Positions 33,953-43,184 of a stretch of 64,000 bases of DNA are shown in pieces. The DNA lies in the NCBI GenBank assembly GCA_964371335.1, contig CAYJMC010000001.1, positions 14,648 through 78,647 of the forward strand. Direction: 5' to 3'. This DNA comes from an uncultured Anaerolineaceae bacterium (GTDB taxonomy: Bacteria > Chloroflexota > Anaerolineae > Anaerolineales > UBA11579). Below the pieces are notes generated by a model. That model saw nothing but the letters and a program-made list of their open reading frames with translations. It was not told where the DNA came from and did no database searches. The translations under genes were made by a program, and so were the position numbers. The stretch's first letter is position 1. Every line of letters begins with the position of its first letter.

Positions 33953-35191
33953 TTGATGGCCGAGAAAATCGTGATCACGGGTTTAGGCACGGTCAACCCG
34001 GTTGGCAACACCGTGGATCAAACCTGGGACAACATCATCCATGGGGTTTCGGGTCTTGGCCCTATAACGCTTTTCGACCACAGCGACTGCTTGGTGCATG
34101 TCGCTTGTGAAACCAAGAATTTCGATCCTACGCAATACCTGGATCCACGGGAAGTCCGTCGCCGCGACCGCTACGAATTGTTCTCATCCGCGGCAGTGGC
34201 TCAGGCCGTGAAGCACTCCGGTCTGGAAATCACAGAGCAGAATGCACCTCGGGTGGGCACGGTTATCTCAGCCGCCATCGGCGGCATCACCGCATTGGAA
34301 GAAGGGGTGATGGATATCTACAAGGGAGGACCGCGACGGGCTAGTCCATTCTTGATTCCAATGCTGATGCCGAACGGCGCAGCCGGCCTGGCGGGCATTG
34401 ACACTGGGGCCAAAGGCCCTGCACTGTCGGTTGCCTCTGCTTGCGCGTCCGGGCAGGATGGAATTGGAACTGCCTGGATGATGCTGCGCGCAGGAATGAT
34501 CGATGCAGCCATCGCCGGCGCTGCGGAAGCCGCTATCGTGAAGACGGCTGTTGCGGCATTTGATCGCATGCAGGCCATGTCCCGCCGCGGGCTGGATGAC
34601 GGCACTCCCAGCCCATTCGACAAGGACCGGGATGGATTGGTCATTGGCGAGGGAGCCGCCATCTTGATTTTGGAAACCGAAAGCCATGCCAAGTCCCGCC
34701 GCGCCAACATCCTGGCCGAGTTGGTGGGATACGCCTCCTCCGCCGACGCCTACCACATCACCGCTCCGCACTCAGAGGGCGTTGGCGGCGCCCAGGCCAT
34801 TCATAACGCGTTGCAAACCGCGGGCGTCAATATCAAGGATGTGGATTACATCAATGCCCATGGTACCGGCACTCAGCTCAATGATCTCTCCGAAACTCGG
34901 GCGATTAAAACTGTATTTGGCGAGAAGGCCTACGATGTACCTGTTTCATCAACGAAGTCGATGACAGGCCACATGATGGGCGCCACAGGCGCACTCGAGG
35001 CGCTGTTTTGCGTATTGGCGATTCGAGATAGCATTCTGCCTCCCACCATCAACTACAAAGAACCCGACCCCGAGTTGGATCTTGATTATGTGCCCAATAA
35101 GGCGCGGGAAGCAAAAATCAACGTGGCCATCACCAACGCCTTTGGTTTTGGCGGCCACAATGCCGTGTTAGTTGTACGCAAATACGCGTAA
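33953..35191 (+). CDS. fabF: Beta-ketoacyl-ACP synthase II
   Basis: Active-site ACASG, HGTGT and GHMMGATG motifs; NAFGFGGHN end. Confidence 0.92.
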   Translation: MMAEKIVITGLGTVNPVGNTVDQTWDNIIHGVSGLGPITLFDHSDCLVHVACETKNFDPTQYLDPREVRRRDRYELFSSAAVAQAVKHSGLEITEQNAPRVGTVISAAIGGITALEEGVMDIYKGGPRRASPFLIPMLMPNGAAGLAGIDTGAKGPALSVASACASGQDGIGTAWMMLRAGMIDAAIAGAAEAAIVKTAVAAFDRMQAMSRRGLDDGTPSPFDKDRDGLVIGEGAAILILETESHAKSRRANILAELVGYASSADAYHITAPHSEGVGGAQAIHNALQTAGVNIKDVDYINAHGTGTQLNDLSETRAIKTVFGEKAYDVPVSSTKSMTGHMMGATGALEALFCVLAIRDSILPPTINYKEPDPELDLDYVPNKAREAKINVAITNAFGFGGHNAVLVVRKYA

Positions 35192-35289
35192 GTCGTAATA
35201 CAATCCAGAATTGGAACTAAGTGACCGCTAGCCACTCCTCTGCGTGGTGTTGGGGGGTGGCTGACGTCCACTGAGTTCCGGGAGTATGC

Positions 35290-36000
35290 GTGATGATTCA
35301 CGATAGCCCGGGGCTGGAATCCCCTCAGGTCTTTGCCAAGCGATTATCGCTGCCCATTAAGGATGCGCGCCTTATCAGCCGGGCGCTCACACATCGCTCA
35401 TACATTAACGAGCACCCAGAGGCGCTGGAGGATAACGAGCGACTGGAATTCTTGGGCGATGCAGTTCTAGACTTCGTTGTGGGCGCTTGGTTGTACAATC
35501 ACTTCCCGGAGATGAGCGAAGGCGAAATGACTCGGTTGCGAGCCGCCCTGGTGAGCACCGACAGACTCGGGGATTTCGGCGCCCAAATTCGTATCGGCCA
35601 GGCGTTGCGCATGGGCAATGGCGAGGAAGAAAGCGGGGGCCGCAGACGGCTAGCTATGCTCTGCAATGCCTTTGAAGCGTTGGTGGGCGCCATTTATCTC
35701 GAGGCAGGCGTTCAAGCGGTTGAGGAATTTCTTGCCCCGCTACTGGCCAAAGCCGTTTCGCAGATCCGCATGGGTAAAGGGGACCACGATCCCAAGAGCC
35801 TACTGCAGGAATGGGTGCAAGCGCGTGGTCTCGGCGCGCCGATGTATCGCATTGTTTCGGAAAGCGGCCCTGACCACAGCAAATATTTCCATGTGGAAGT
35901 CGTCGTCGGTGGGAAGGCCATCGCCCGCGGCGAAGGTCGCAGTAAGCAGGCTGCCAGCAAGGCCGCGGCAACAGAAGCAATGAAGAAGTTGGAAGGATAA
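35290..36000 (+). CDS. rnc: Ribonuclease III
   Basis: NERLEFLGDAVL signature plus a C-terminal dsRBD (GPDHSKYF...GEGRSKQAASKAAA). Confidence 0.92.
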   Translation: MMIHDSPGLESPQVFAKRLSLPIKDARLISRALTHRSYINEHPEALEDNERLEFLGDAVLDFVVGAWLYNHFPEMSEGEMTRLRAALVSTDRLGDFGAQIRIGQALRMGNGEEESGGRRRLAMLCNAFEALVGAIYLEAGVQAVEEFLAPLLAKAVSQIRMGKGDHDPKSLLQEWVQARGLGAPMYRIVSESGPDHSKYFHVEVVVGGKAIARGEGRSKQAASKAAATEAMKKLEG

Positions 36001-36026
36001 TTAGAGCGGAGATCAATCGCTTAGCA

Positions 36027-39000
36027 ATGAAAAATCTGCGACTTAAATCTTTAGAACTGAATGGATATAAAACCTTTGCCAGCCGGACTCTATTCGAGTT
36101 TGCCGGGCCCATAACGGCTGTGGTGGGACCTAATGGTTCGGGCAAATCCAATATTGCTGATGCGCTTCGCTGGGTGCTGGGCGAGCAATCCTATAGTGTC
36201 TTGCGCGGGCGCAAGACTGAAGACATGATCTTTGCCGGCTCAGAGAAACGTCCCCGCTCCGGCATGGCTTCGGTAAACGTTACCTTTGATAACAGTGAAG
36301 GCTGGCTGCCCATTGATTTCTCTGAAGTTTCGGTAACCCGGCGTGCCTACCGCGATGGGCAAAATGAATACCTGATCAACCAGCAAAAGGTACGTCTCAA
36401 GGACGTAAGCGAGTTGCTCTCCCAATCCGGGTTATCGGAACGCACTTACACCATTATTGGACAAGGTTTGTTGGATACGGCCCTGACACTAAAATCCGAT
36501 GAGCGCCGCCGGCTTTTCGAAGAGGCGGCTGGCATTGGCTTGTACCGGGCGCGTAAAGAGCAGTCACTGCGCCGGCTGGAAACCACTCTGCATAACCTCG
36601 AGCGCGTCGAAGATATCCTCGCTGAACTCAAGCCGCGCCTGCGCAGCCTGGAGAAACAAGCGGAACGCGCCATCGAATTTTCAACGCTGCGATCGCAGCT
36701 TCGAGACACTTTGCGCGAGTGGTATGGATATCACTGGAACCGCGCTCAGGCAGACCTGCACGAGCGGCGGCAGGAAGCCGACGGCCAGGAAGAACATTTG
36801 AGCCTGGCCCGCAAGAAACAAGCCGACCTGAGCCGGGAATTGAATGAGTTGCGCAACCGCACGCAGGAAGTGCGCGTGAGACTCAACGAATGGCATCGCC
36901 GTGTTGCCGAATTGCACGCCGGGCGCGAGGGCGCAAGCCGCGGTCTGGCCGTGGCAGACGAGCGGCGGCGCGCTTTGGCCGAACGCCGCGAAGCGTTGAA
37001 TGAAGAGCGCCAACGCCTGGAAGCAGACCTCAATGGATTACGTATTCGTTTGCGGGAAGCCGAAACCGACGCACAGCGTTACCAAACGGAACAAGAGGAG
37101 GCCCAGTCTCGCTTGGATGAAGCGCGAAGCATTTTGGGGGAGCGGCAAGCCGTTCAGCTGGAAAACGAAGGTAAGACCCAGGCTATTCGTGACCGAATTG
37201 CTCAACTGCAGGGAATGGCGACAAATTCCGCAGCGCAGCGGGAGATGCTGAAGGCGAAAGTCGAGCGCAGTCAATCGGAGCAAGCCGAACTGGAGCGTAC
37301 GTTGCGGGGTTTGGAGAAAGACTTGCAAGCCGCGCAGGAACAACAACAACAGGCCGAACAAAAAGCCGTTGAGGCTGACAAACACCTGGCAGAAATAAAG
37401 GACGAGCGGCTGAGGCTCCAGGACCAGATTGACCAATCAACTAATCAATTGCAAAGTTACGAGACTTCGCGCAATTCCCTTACTTCAAAACGATCTCAGT
37501 TGTTGGCCGAAATCCAGGGTCTCGAGCAAGCCGAGTTGGCTGCAGTCGGATTCGCCGAAGGCGCCAAGTTGCTGCTGCAAGCCGCCCAAGAAAAGCGTCT
37601 ACACCTAGGGAAAGGAACGCTGGGCCGCGAAATCCGCGTGCCGGAGAAATATGAGGTGGCCATCTCCTCGGCGCTAGGGTCTTACCTGGATGCGGTGGTG
37701 CTCAACGAAAACGATCCAGAGGTGGCGCTCAGCCTGCTGGAGAGTCGCGGGGCTTCTGGCACGCTATTGCCTTTGCCTCTGTTGAACATGAACGGCCGCA
37801 TTCCGTCAGCAAAAGGGTTGGGCCTAGTTGGAATCGCTGCCGATTTGGTTGAAGTCTCGGCAGATCTGAAACCGGCCGTGGAGCTGTTGCTTGGGAGTGT
37901 GCTCGTGGCCGAGGATCGCAAAGCTGCTCGAAGATTGCTTGCTGAGATTCCTCAAGCGGCGCAAGCCGTCACTTTGCGCGGGGAACTGTTCAGCCGAGGG
38001 GGTCAAATCGAAGTGCGCTCGCCGAAAGCTGCTGCCGGCTTGGCGCGACCCCGCACTGAACGTGAGCTCCGGGCTCAAGCCGAAGCTGCTGAAATGGAAA
38101 TTGCCAAGTTTGAACAATCCATTTCGAGTCTCCGGCAGCAAATTGCCGAAGTGAACAATCAACGTAAACCACTGGAAGAAAAGGTTGCGGCGGCGCAGGC
38201 CGCGCTGGAAAGCGCCCGCCATGATGCACAGGCGTCTTCGCTGGATTTCGAACAATTGGAGCGCCAACAAGATTGGTTCCGGGCGCAGCAGCGCACTGTG
38301 CAGGGCGAAGAAGTTCAGGCTTCAGGGCAAATTGAGAATTTGCTCGCCAACGAGAAATCGCTGGCGGAACAGATCACCAAAGCCGAAGCAGATTTGGATG
38401 TGCATCTGCACTCCATCGTCGACCTGCCCATGGATGAGCAGCACGCCCAGGTCGCCCATTGGGAGATGCGGCTGGCCGTCAGTCAACGCGCCCTGCAAGA
38501 AGCGCAGCGCCGCACAACCGAACGCCAGCAGGCGTTGCAGCGTGCCGAGGCGCAGCTTGCCGCCCAGCAGGAACGCAGCAAAGAGCTTGAGGAGCAATTA
38601 CAGGCCATCGAGCTAGAGAAGACCCAGCTAGGCAAGCAAGAGGGCAATGTTGGCGAAGAAATCGGGGCCATCCAAGCGCAAATTGGCCCTGCCGAAGCCG
38701 ACTTGGCGCAAAGCGATGCTCAACTGGCTCAATTGCAGGCGGATGAAACCCAGGCGCTGCAAGCCATGAGCGCTGCCGAGCGCGCTCACACTCAGGCGCA
38801 GATTGCGCTGGGGCGACAGCAGGAGGCCTTGGAGAGCCTGCGCAGCCGCATAGAAGATGACTTTGGGTTGGTGGCATTCCAGTATGAGGCCGAGGTCTCT
38901 GGGCCGACTCCGCTCCCGCTGGGAGAACTCGTGGAACAGCTCCCCGTTGTAGAGTCTCTGCAACCAGATTTGGAGGAAACGCTCAAGGCGCAGCGCGCTC

Positions 39001-39629
39001 AAATCCGGCGGCTGGGGTCGGTGAACCCCGAGGCGCAGAACGAATTCCTGCAGGTGAAGGAACGCGTGGAGAACATGCAGGAACAGGTCAGGGACCTGCG
39101 TGCTGCGGAGGCCGATTTGAAGAAAGTCATCGCCGAGTTGGATCTCTTGATGGAAAAGGAATTCCGCACCACCTTCGATAAGGTAGCCGCGGAATTCCGC
39201 GAGATATTCGCCCGGCTGTTCAACGGCGGCTCCGCCAAGTTGCTTCTTACCGAAGAAGAAGACTTGGCGACTACCGGCATCGATATCGAAGCGCGGCTGC
39301 CCGGGAAACGTTCCCAGCGGCTGGCCTTGCTCTCGGGCGGGGAGCGCAGCCTGACCGCGGCGGCGCTGGTGTTCTCGCTGCTGAAGGCATCGCCTACGCC
39401 ATTTTGCGTGATGGACGAGGTGGATGCCATGCTGGACGAAGCCAACGTGGGCCGCTTCACCGACGTGTTGCGCGAGTTGAGCCGCGACACACAATTCGTT
39501 TTGATTACGCACAACCGCAATACGGTGCAAGTGGCGGATGTTATTTATGGTGTGACGATGGGACGCGACACGGCCAGCCAGGTGATCAGCCTGCGCCTGG
39601 ATGAAGTGGATGAGCGGTATTCTGAGTAA
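36027..39629 (+). CDS. smc: Chromosome segregation protein SMC
   Basis: Walker A GPNGSGKSN, long coiled coils with a hinge, and C-terminal LSGGE...DE.DA.LD. Confidence 0.93.
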   Translation: MKNLRLKSLELNGYKTFASRTLFEFAGPITAVVGPNGSGKSNIADALRWVLGEQSYSVLRGRKTEDMIFAGSEKRPRSGMASVNVTFDNSEGWLPIDFSEVSVTRRAYRDGQNEYLINQQKVRLKDVSELLSQSGLSERTYTIIGQGLLDTALTLKSDERRRLFEEAAGIGLYRARKEQSLRRLETTLHNLERVEDILAELKPRLRSLEKQAERAIEFSTLRSQLRDTLREWYGYHWNRAQADLHERRQEADGQEEHLSLARKKQADLSRELNELRNRTQEVRVRLNEWHRRVAELHAGREGASRGLAVADERRRALAERREALNEERQRLEADLNGLRIRLREAETDAQRYQTEQEEAQSRLDEARSILGERQAVQLENEGKTQAIRDRIAQLQGMATNSAAQREMLKAKVERSQSEQAELERTLRGLEKDLQAAQEQQQQAEQKAVEADKHLAEIKDERLRLQDQIDQSTNQLQSYETSRNSLTSKRSQLLAEIQGLEQAELAAVGFAEGAKLLLQAAQEKRLHLGKGTLGREIRVPEKYEVAISSALGSYLDAVVLNENDPEVALSLLESRGASGTLLPLPLLNMNGRIPSAKGLGLVGIAADLVEVSADLKPAVELLLGSVLVAEDRKAARRLLAEIPQAAQAVTLRGELFSRGGQIEVRSPKAAAGLARPRTERELRAQAEAAEMEIAKFEQSISSLRQQIAEVNNQRKPLEEKVAAAQAALESARHDAQASSLDFEQLERQQDWFRAQQRTVQGEEVQASGQIENLLANEKSLAEQITKAEADLDVHLHSIVDLPMDEQHAQVAHWEMRLAVSQRALQEAQRRTTERQQALQRAEAQLAAQQERSKELEEQLQAIELEKTQLGKQEGNVGEEIGAIQAQIGPAEADLAQSDAQLAQLQADETQALQAMSAAERAHTQAQIALGRQQEALESLRSRIEDDFGLVAFQYEAEVSGPTPLPLGELVEQLPVVESLQPDLEETLKAQRAQIRRLGSVNPEAQNEFLQVKERVENMQEQVRDLRAAEADLKKVIAELDLLMEKEFRTTFDKVAAEFREIFARLFNGGSAKLLLTEEEDLATTGIDIEARLPGKRSQRLALLSGGERSLTAAALVFSLLKASPTPFCVMDEVDAMLDEANVGRFTDVLRELSRDTQFVLITHNRNTVQVADVIYGVTMGRDTASQVISLRLDEVDERYSE

Positions 39630-39690
39630 GCGCGACAAGCCAGGCATATTTACGTATATCATTCCAGAATAGAATGCGAGGTTAGCCATC

Positions 39691-39888
39691 ATGTCCTATA
39701 GTTCTGGAAGAGTGTTGAGACGTTCGCGGAACGATCGAGTGCTGGCAGGAGTTTGCGGCGGGCTGGGCGATTTTTTTGGTATTTCTGCCATTTGGTTCCG
39801 GCTGGCATTTTTGTTTGCATTGCTGCCCGGCGGAATTCCCGGCTTGCTGGCGTATTTGGTTTGCTGGATTGTGATTCCGAGCGAGTAA
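39691..39888 (+). CDS. PspC-domain membrane protein
   Basis: R...R.LAGVCGGLGDFFGI...FRLAFL. Confidence 0.75.
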   Translation: MSYSSGRVLRRSRNDRVLAGVCGGLGDFFGISAIWFRLAFLFALLPGGIPGLLAYLVCWIVIPSE

Positions 39889-39982
39889 AGATTTCATTCG
39901 ATCTCCTCCCTGGTCGAGTCTAGTTTTCGGTGTTCAACAACTTGAATTGCAGAACAAGGCTTATTCGGAAGATCAGGTTTTA

Positions 39983-40043
39983 GGGTTTCCTCGCTTTCCG
40001 GTTCTTCCTTTGGTAATAATTTTTAAACCCCGCTCGGAATGAC
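39983..40043 (+). repeat. Family-1 repeat, long form
   Basis: GGGTTTCCTCGC-(37 nt)-GCTCGGAATGACC. Confidence 0.55.
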
Positions 40044-40051
40044 CGGGAAAG

Positions 40052-40080
40052 TCGGAGAGCCGGCTACGCCGGCTCTCCGA
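40052..40080. other. Perfect 12-bp hairpin just after the PPIase stop (no U-tract)
   Basis: TCGGAGAGCCGG-ctacg-CCGGCTCTCCGA. Confidence 0.8.
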
Positions 40081-40086
40081 TTAACG

Positions 40087-41424
40087 TTATTGTTGCTGTA
40101 ACTGTGCCTCAATGGGGATGTCAGGCTCATCCGGGGCCATGGCCTGCCATGTCTCTTCGTCGATTGACCAGATGTATTTGTCGCGCAGGGTTTGAAGGAA
40201 ATCGTTCAGCGCCTGCTGGCGAAGTTGTTCGTATTGCTCGTTGCTGAGCGGACGATCTTCGTGGCCGATCACCTGGATAATATGCCACCCGAATTCGCTC
40301 TCCACGGGTTCGCTTATCTGACCGATGCGCAGTTCAAAGGCGGCCTTGGCAAAGGGCTCGACCATTTGCTCTTTCGGGAACCATCCCAAGTCGCCGCCCG
40401 CGTCTTTGTTGCTGGTGTCCAAGGAGAGCTCGGCTGCCAGAGCGCTCCAGTCTTCGCCCTCGTCCAGGCGAGCCAGAACGGTTTCAGCTTCTTCGATGGT
40501 GGCAACCAAGATATGGCGCGCCCAGACTTGCTCTTGCGTGCGGGGTAGGTCGGCAGTGATGGCGTCTTTCAGGGCTTCGCGCAACAAGCTGGAATAAATC
40601 ACGGCGCGGAAATCTTCTTCGGTTACATCAACGGCCTCCGAATATCCAGCAACTGCCGTCTGGAATCCTTCGAGAGTGTATGGAGTGGCGGTTGGTTCAG
40701 GGGTTGGGGAAAGAGCGGCTGTGGCTTGAACGGTGGGTTCTGTGGTGGGTGTGCTGGTGGCTTCCTCCGCAAGCGTTGGCGTCACCGATGGAATGGGAGT
40801 CTGGCTGGCAGTCGGCGTTGCGGATACGATGGCGAACTGCGCCGCGGAGAGCGTCGACGTTGGTGCGGTGGTCACGGTGGGTTCCGTGGTGGGTGTGCCG
40901 TTGGGGAAATATTCAAAGAGGAATTGGATGCGTTCCTCAAGTTCCGCATCGCTCACCGTGATACCCATCTCTGCGGCTTCACGTTTGAGCAATTCATCGT
41001 CCACCAATTCGTTGATGGCCAGCGATCCTACCACTTCGGGCAATAACTGATACTGAAAGGTATAGAGCCGGTTGGAATATTCCTGATCGATTTGGCCGCG
41101 CGTGGTGGCATCGGCGCCAAATAGGCTGACCATGTAGGCATATTCCTGGTAAACGGACAAATAATTGCTGACCAGTTGGGCCCGGTAAAGCTTGGCGCGC
41201 GCAATGAAATCTTTTCCTTTAATCTGAGTATCTTCGACGGTGGCCACGACCTGCCCAGGTTGGATGAAGGCTTCCAGGATCCAGCTCCAGCTGACCAGCA
41301 CCAACACGATGGCAACAACGACCATGGTGCCGATGAGCAGCAGGCGGTTATAGAAGCGTTCCCGCTCCAGACCGACCAAATGTTTGCGCGTTAAGACGGG
41401 GGGTTTTTGCGTGGGCTTTGCCAT
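40087..41424 (-). CDS. Parvulin-type peptidyl-prolyl isomerase (SurA/PrsA-like), membrane anchored
   Basis: N-terminal TM helix. PPIC domain ARHILV...GGDLGWF....F..AAF.L..GQISEPV.S.FGWHII. Central Thr/Pro-rich linker. Confidence 0.8.
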   Translation of the reverse strand: MAKPTQKPPVLTRKHLVGLERERFYNRLLLIGTMVVVAIVLVLVSWSWILEAFIQPGQVVATVEDTQIKGKDFIARAKLYRAQLVSNYLSVYQEYAYMVSLFGADATTRGQIDQEYSNRLYTFQYQLLPEVVGSLAINELVDDELLKREAAEMGITVSDAELEERIQFLFEYFPNGTPTTEPTVTTAPTSTLSAAQFAIVSATPTASQTPIPSVTPTLAEEATSTPTTEPTVQATAALSPTPEPTATPYTLEGFQTAVAGYSEAVDVTEEDFRAVIYSSLLREALKDAITADLPRTQEQVWARHILVATIEEAETVLARLDEGEDWSALAAELSLDTSNKDAGGDLGWFPKEQMVEPFAKAAFELRIGQISEPVESEFGWHIIQVIGHEDRPLSNEQYEQLRQQALNDFLQTLRDKYIWSIDEETWQAMAPDEPDIPIEAQLQQQ

Positions 41425-41458
41425 TTCGTTATGTTATCTCTCTTAGCTAATTGGAACG

Positions 41459-41878
41459 TTAAAAGGGGAACTCATCCTCGTCGGATTGAGGGAAATTGAC
41501 TTCGGCTTCGGCCCCGGTTTCTGTTTCGCCTTCCGCTTTTTCGCGCCTCTCGCCAAGCATGATCATCTCGCGTGCCACCACTTCGGTGCTAGAACGCTTG
41601 TTGCCCTCCTCATCCTCCCAGCGGCGGGTTTGCAGGCGGCCTTCGATGTAAACTTGCTGGCCTTTTTTGAGATACTGGTTGCAGATCTCAGCCAGGCTGC
41701 CCCAGGCCACTACGTTGAACCATTCGGTCTCGGAGCGGCGTTCTCCTTCAGCGGTGGTCCAACTGCGGCTGGTGGCAACACTGAAGCTGGTCACCGGGCG
41801 GCCGGAAGGGGTGTAGCGCATCTCGGGATCGCGGCCCAGATGGCCGATGACCATGACTTTGTTCAGCCCTCTGCTCAT
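41459..41878 (-). CDS. ssb: Single-stranded DNA-binding protein
   Basis: NKVMVIGHLGRDPE.RYT..G......F.VA OB fold and an acidic tail ending DEDEFPF. Confidence 0.92.
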   Translation of the reverse strand: MSRGLNKVMVIGHLGRDPEMRYTPSGRPVTSFSVATSRSWTTAEGERRSETEWFNVVAWGSLAEICNQYLKKGQQVYIEGRLQTRRWEDEEGNKRSSTEVVAREMIMLGERREKAEGETETGAEAEVNFPQSDEDEFPF

Positions 41879-41940
41879 AGTTCCCTCCTATACAGTGGTT
41901 TCAATCGTCGGTTCATAAGTGGTACCGCTGATGACTTTTC

Positions 41941-41989
41941 GCGATTGCTTCGTTCGGCCTCATTGCATTCGGCCTCCTCGCAATGACGG
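41941..41989 (+). repeat. Family-1 repeat, long form
   Basis: GCGATTGCTTCG-TTCGGCCTCattgcaTTCGGCCTC-CTCGCAATGACGG. Confidence 0.5.
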
Positions 41990-42013
41990 ACGAGGCGACC
42001 TCGCCCCTACCGG
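41986..42013 (-). repeat. REP singlet (family 2, GTAG-headed palindrome)
   Basis: Minus strand: CCGGTAGGGGCGAGGTCGCCTCGTCC. A 21-nt core is identical to the left arm of the 43185-43243 doublet. Confidence 0.7.
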
Positions 42014-42018
42014 CGGAG

Positions 42019-42330
42019 TCAGGCAGCAGTCGCTTCCTCTTCGGTTTCGTCAGCAGCGACGATCATGAAACGCAGCACGGATTCCTGCAGCCCGAACTGG
42101 CGCTCCAACTGGCTTGTGCCAGCCGGTTCCATGTGGACATGCAATAAGACGTATTGGCCTTCGGTCTGTTTTTTGATCGGGTAGGCCATTTTGCGCTTCC
42201 CCCAGACGTCGGCTTTCTCCACCGTCCCGCCGTTATCCTTGACCCAGCCCTGCACCTGGTCGTTGAGTTGCTTGAAAGCGTCCGCGTCCAGATCGGGGTG
42301 AGCGATGTAAGTAATTTCGTATCTGCGCAT
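42019..42330 (-). CDS. rpsF: 30S ribosomal protein S6
   Basis: MRRYEITYIAHPDLD..., with AAGGAG 9 nt before ATG 42330. The ORF-track N-extension is rejected. Confidence 0.9.
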   Translation of the reverse strand: MRRYEITYIAHPDLDADAFKQLNDQVQGWVKDNGGTVEKADVWGKRKMAYPIKKQTEGQYVLLHVHMEPAGTSQLERQFGLQESVLRFMIVAADETEEEATAA

Positions 42331-42459
42331 TGGGTGTGGCTCCTTTTCCACGGGAATAGCCCTTCGGCGATGCGTGCGCCGAGGAGCGGAAGGCGGGGAT
42401 TGTAGCATGGGGAGAAGAGAAAGGCAAAACCAATTTCGATTGCTTCGCTCCCAACGACG

Positions 42460-42493
42460 CTTTTGATTTTCGAATTATGAATTTCGATTAGTG
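42460..42493. repeat. Degenerate heptamer array (family 3)
   Basis: TTTTGAT TTTCGAA TTATGAA TTTCGAT TAGTG. Confidence 0.55.
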
Positions 42494-42512
42494 TTGGCAT
42501 AAACATTCAAAT

Positions 42513-42546
42513 TTTGCCATTCTGCGCAAAGCGAAGAGTCCATCCG
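42513..42546 (-). repeat. Family-1 repeat, short form (left arm of inverted pair)
   Basis: Plus strand: TTTGCCATTCTGCGCAAAGCGAAGAGTCCATCCG. Confidence 0.75.
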
Positions 42547-42587
42547 TAAGCATTTTTTGATGCTTCAGCTGTGCAAGGCATTGATCA

Positions 42588-42650
42588 GGATGGATTCTTC
42601 GCGGCGCACGGCTGCCTCCGGCTGCCTTAGCTGGCTCAGAATGGCAAAAA
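42588..42650 (+). repeat. Family-1 repeat, long form (right arm of inverted pair)
   Basis: GGATGGATTCTTCGC-ggcgCACGGCTGCCTCCGGCTGCCTTAgctgg-CTCAGAATGGCAAAAA. Confidence 0.75.
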
Positions 42651-42674
42651 GCTTGGGGTTTGACAGTTTTTTGT

Positions 42675-43103
42675 TTATCTCAACGTCAAAAGATATTCCA
42701 CCAGCGCGTCGAGTTCCTCATCGCTAAAGAAGTTGCCTAAGGATTTGGGCATGATGTCGTTGAATCCAGGGTTGAGGTAGGCGCTGGGATCGGTGATGGA
42801 TTGCTCGAGGTAGGCGCGAGCGTCCAGGCCGGAAACGCGGGTACCGGCGCTGGTGGCGACGCCTGCCAGCGAGGGGCCGACGATAATGGCGTCGCCAGTG
42901 GTGGCGTGGCAAGCGGCGCAATTTTGGAGGAAGAGACGCTGGCCGAGCTGCTCGGCATCAGTCAGCGGGGAGCTGGGTGCACAGGCGGCTAAAAGCAGCA
43001 GGGGAGCAAGGGCGGTGAGGATCAGAGGAGAAAAACTAAAAACATTTTTGATTTTTGATTTCTGATTGATGATTTGAGATTTGCGAAAAAAGCTTAGGGA
43101 CAC
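42675..43103 (-). CDS. c-type cytochrome lipoprotein
   Basis: Lipobox LLAAC, haem site CAACH, distal Met in DIMPK. The N-terminal 20 aa are encoded by a heptamer array. Confidence 0.75.
   Translation of the reverse strand: MSLSFFRKSQIINQKSKIKNVFSFSPLILTALAPLLLLAACAPSSPLTDAEQLGQRLFLQNCAACHATTGDAIIVGPSLAGVATSAGTRVSGLDARAYLEQSITDPSAYLNPGFNDIMPKSLGNFFSDEELDALVEYLLTLR
43050..43084. repeat. Heptamer array (family 3), five units
   Basis: GATTTTT GATTTCT GATTGAT GATTTGA GATTTGC. Confidence 0.8.
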
Positions 43104-43184
43104 TGATGTCCTTGGCGAAGCTAGGGGATAAATAAGGAAATGAATGGAATGGTTGTGCCCATGCTGGCTTTGAAAGTTTCCGGG

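Noticed and set aside
38628-39692. 354-aa minus-strand ORF, plus many 60-170-aa ORFs on both strands inside smc (36.2-39.6 kb).
   Set aside because: They lie antisense or out of frame to an uninterrupted 1200-aa SMC with Walker A/B and signature motifs. They are artefacts of the repetitive coiled-coil codon composition.
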